Below are positions 62,750 to 64,000 of a stretch of 64,000 nucleotides of DNA, in pieces. The notes under the pieces are model-generated. The model ran no database searches and was not told the origin of the DNA. It was given only the letters and a program-made list of their open reading frames with translations. This stretch comes from Candidatus Eiseniibacteriota bacterium (GTDB lineage Bacteria; Eisenbacteria; RBG-16-71-46; CAIMUX01; VGJL01): the NCBI GenBank assembly GCA_041946735.1, contig JBHGAY010000001.1, positions 96,001 to 160,000 on the forward strand. Direction: 5' to 3'. Numbering within the stretch: the first letter of the stretch is position 1; each line of letters starts with the position of its first letter. A program made the position numbers and the translations under genes.

Positions 62750-62819
62750 GAGTTCCGAGCGGCGCGCGGCGCAGAGTTCCGAGCGGCGCGGCGCAGAGAG
62801 TTCCGAGCGGCGCGCGGCG
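62750..62819. repeat. 24-bp intergenic tandem repeat, 3 units
   Basis: GAGTTCCGAGCGGCGCG(C)GGCG.. starting at 62750, 62774 and 62798. Confidence 0.85.
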
Positions 62820-62848
62820 AAGACCGAGGGACCGAGGAAGGGAGGAAC

Positions 62849-63418
62849 GTGGCGATGGACAGGGCGGACGACAGAGAGGCGAGCCCCGCAGGGCCTCCGC
62901 GGATCCCGCGACTCGGGGTCGAGCAGGCGCAGGGAGAGACGCGGGCGATCTTCGAGCAGTACCAGAGGGAGCGCGGGAACGTCCCGAACATGTTCCGGAC
63001 GATGGCGCACCGGCCCGAGCTGTTGCGGACGATGATCGCGCACTTCCGCGCCGTGATGGCGCCGGGCGCGGTGGACGTGCGGCTGAAGGAGCTGCTCGCC
63101 GTCGCCGTTTCCGGAATCAATCGCTGCGAGTACTGACTCGCCTCACACTCCGTCCTGGCAGGGCGGGCGGGAGCGAGCGAGGAGGAGATCCGGGCGGCCT
63201 GCGAGGGCCGTTACGAGCGGTTCGGCGATCGGGAGCGGATCGCGCTCGAGTTCGGGGCGGCGGTGACACGCGATGCCCATGGCGTCGGCGACGCGCATTA
63301 CGCGGCGCTCGAGGCGCGATTCGGAATCGAGGAGATCGTCGAGCTGACTGCGGTGATCGGGCTCTTCAACTACTTCAACCGCTTCAACGACGCGCTGCGC
63401 GTCGAACCGACGAAGTGA
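62849..63418 (+). CDS. AhpD/carboxymuconolactone-decarboxylase family peroxidase-like selenoprotein (CxxU)
   Basis: ORF reads ...VSGINRCEY-TGA(63134-63136)-LASH...EEIVELTAVIGLFNYFNRFNDALRVEPTK*; the family motif N.C.YC..H continues across the UGA. Confidence 0.85.
63137..63177 (+). promoter_or_regulatory. bacterial SECIS-like stem-loop
   Basis: Lower stem CTCGC/GCGAG, upper stem CCGTCCT/AGGGCGG, G-initiated apical loop 20 nt after the UGA. Confidence 0.7.
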
Positions 63419-63428
63419 CGGGAGAGGC

Positions 63429-64000
63429 GTGGCGCGTCTGATCGAGAGGCTGGCCGAGGATCCCCGCGCGTTCACATGGCTGCGCAAGGTCGCCGAGGCG
63501 AACTTCACCGCCGTGCGGCGCGCCGCCGCGGCGGAGCTGCCGCTCGAGCAGCCCGCGCGCGTCCTCGATCTCGGCTGTGGAACCGGCGAGATCGCTCCCT
63601 TCTTCGCGGGACAACGCTACCTCGGGATCGACGTAAGTCCCCGCTACCTGGCCTACGCGCGGCGCCGCTTCCCTCGCCTGGCCTTCTGCGCATCGGACGG
63701 CTCCCGCCTGCCGTTGCGCGACGCGTCGTTCGACTGGGTCTGGATCTTCGGCGTCCTGCACCACATGCCGGACGATCTCGCGCGCGCCGTCCTCACGGAA
63801 GCGGCGCGGGTGCTGGCGGGCGGCGGACGTTTGCTGCTGATCGAGGACAGCCGCGAGGTACCCGGGTGGAACGTCCCCGGGAGGATCGTGCATGCGCTCG
63901 ACGCGGGAGAGAACATCCGCAGGCAGGAGGAGTACGAATCGCTGCTGCCGGCCGGCGCATTCGATCTGGCGAAGCGGTTCTCGTTCACGAGCGGCATCTG
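63429..64000 (+). CDS. class I SAM-dependent methyltransferase, truncated by window end
   Basis: Read manually: GTG start, RVLDLGCGTGE, YLGIDVS, SFDWV..FGVLHH, RVL..GGRLLLIED. Confidence 0.85.
   Translation, partial: MARLIERLAEDPRAFTWLRKVAEANFTAVRRAAAAELPLEQPARVLDLGCGTGEIAPFFAGQRYLGIDVSPRYLAYARRRFPRLAFCASDGSRLPLRDASFDWVWIFGVLHHMPDDLARAVLTEAARVLAGGGRLLLIEDSREVPGWNVPGRIVHALDAGENIRRQEEYESLLPAGAFDLAKRFSFTSGI

Noticed and set aside
60180..62819. Tandem repeats at 60180-60250 and 62750-62819 as possible CRISPR arrays
   Set aside because: Units are head-to-tail without unique spacers, and there are no cas genes in the window.
63134..63136. TGA as a nonsense mutation (pseudogene)
   Set aside because: It falls exactly on the redox Cys position, both halves look intact, and a SECIS-like hairpin follows.

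Overview
64-kb, very GC-rich (roughly 70% by eye, not computed) bacterial chromosomal region from a diderm. A PorU/gingipain-like C25 peptidase, DUF3098, DivIVA-PNP-DksA-LspA synteny and secreted proteins ending in TWG-x-x-K-x-x-(Y/F)-R suggest an FCB-allied candidate lineage such as Eisenbacteria, Latescibacterota or Krumholzibacteriota (inference). The backbone is housekeeping: nucleotide-sugar genes, a pyr operon, bcp, recO, aroF, phoH-HD-ybeY-CBS, aspS, clpB, tRNA-Val(TAC), mltG, ruvX, an anti-/anti-anti-sigma pair, rluD, lspA, dksA-like, PNP, divIVA-like and fbp. The most notable elements are: (1) a cluster of paralogous secreted Cys-rich repeat proteins with a shared short C-terminal motif, including one internally deleted copy. 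It lies beside a lipid-linked amino-sugar/GT-C/TMTC-like glycosylation operon and near a PorU-like peptidase and a PPIase, and may be an undescribed surface-protein sorting and glycosylation system. (2) An AhpD/CMD-family gene with an in-frame UGA in a CxxU motif plus a SECIS-like hairpin, which the ORF track truncates. (3) A lone DUF222-like HNH endonuclease gene behind a perfect sigma70 promoter in an AT-rich patch. (4) A small secreted peptide gene upstream of a TPR-sigma54 activator. (5) Several structured 5' leaders. No CRISPR array, rRNA, integrase or transposase was seen. All product calls come from motif recognition, not database searches.
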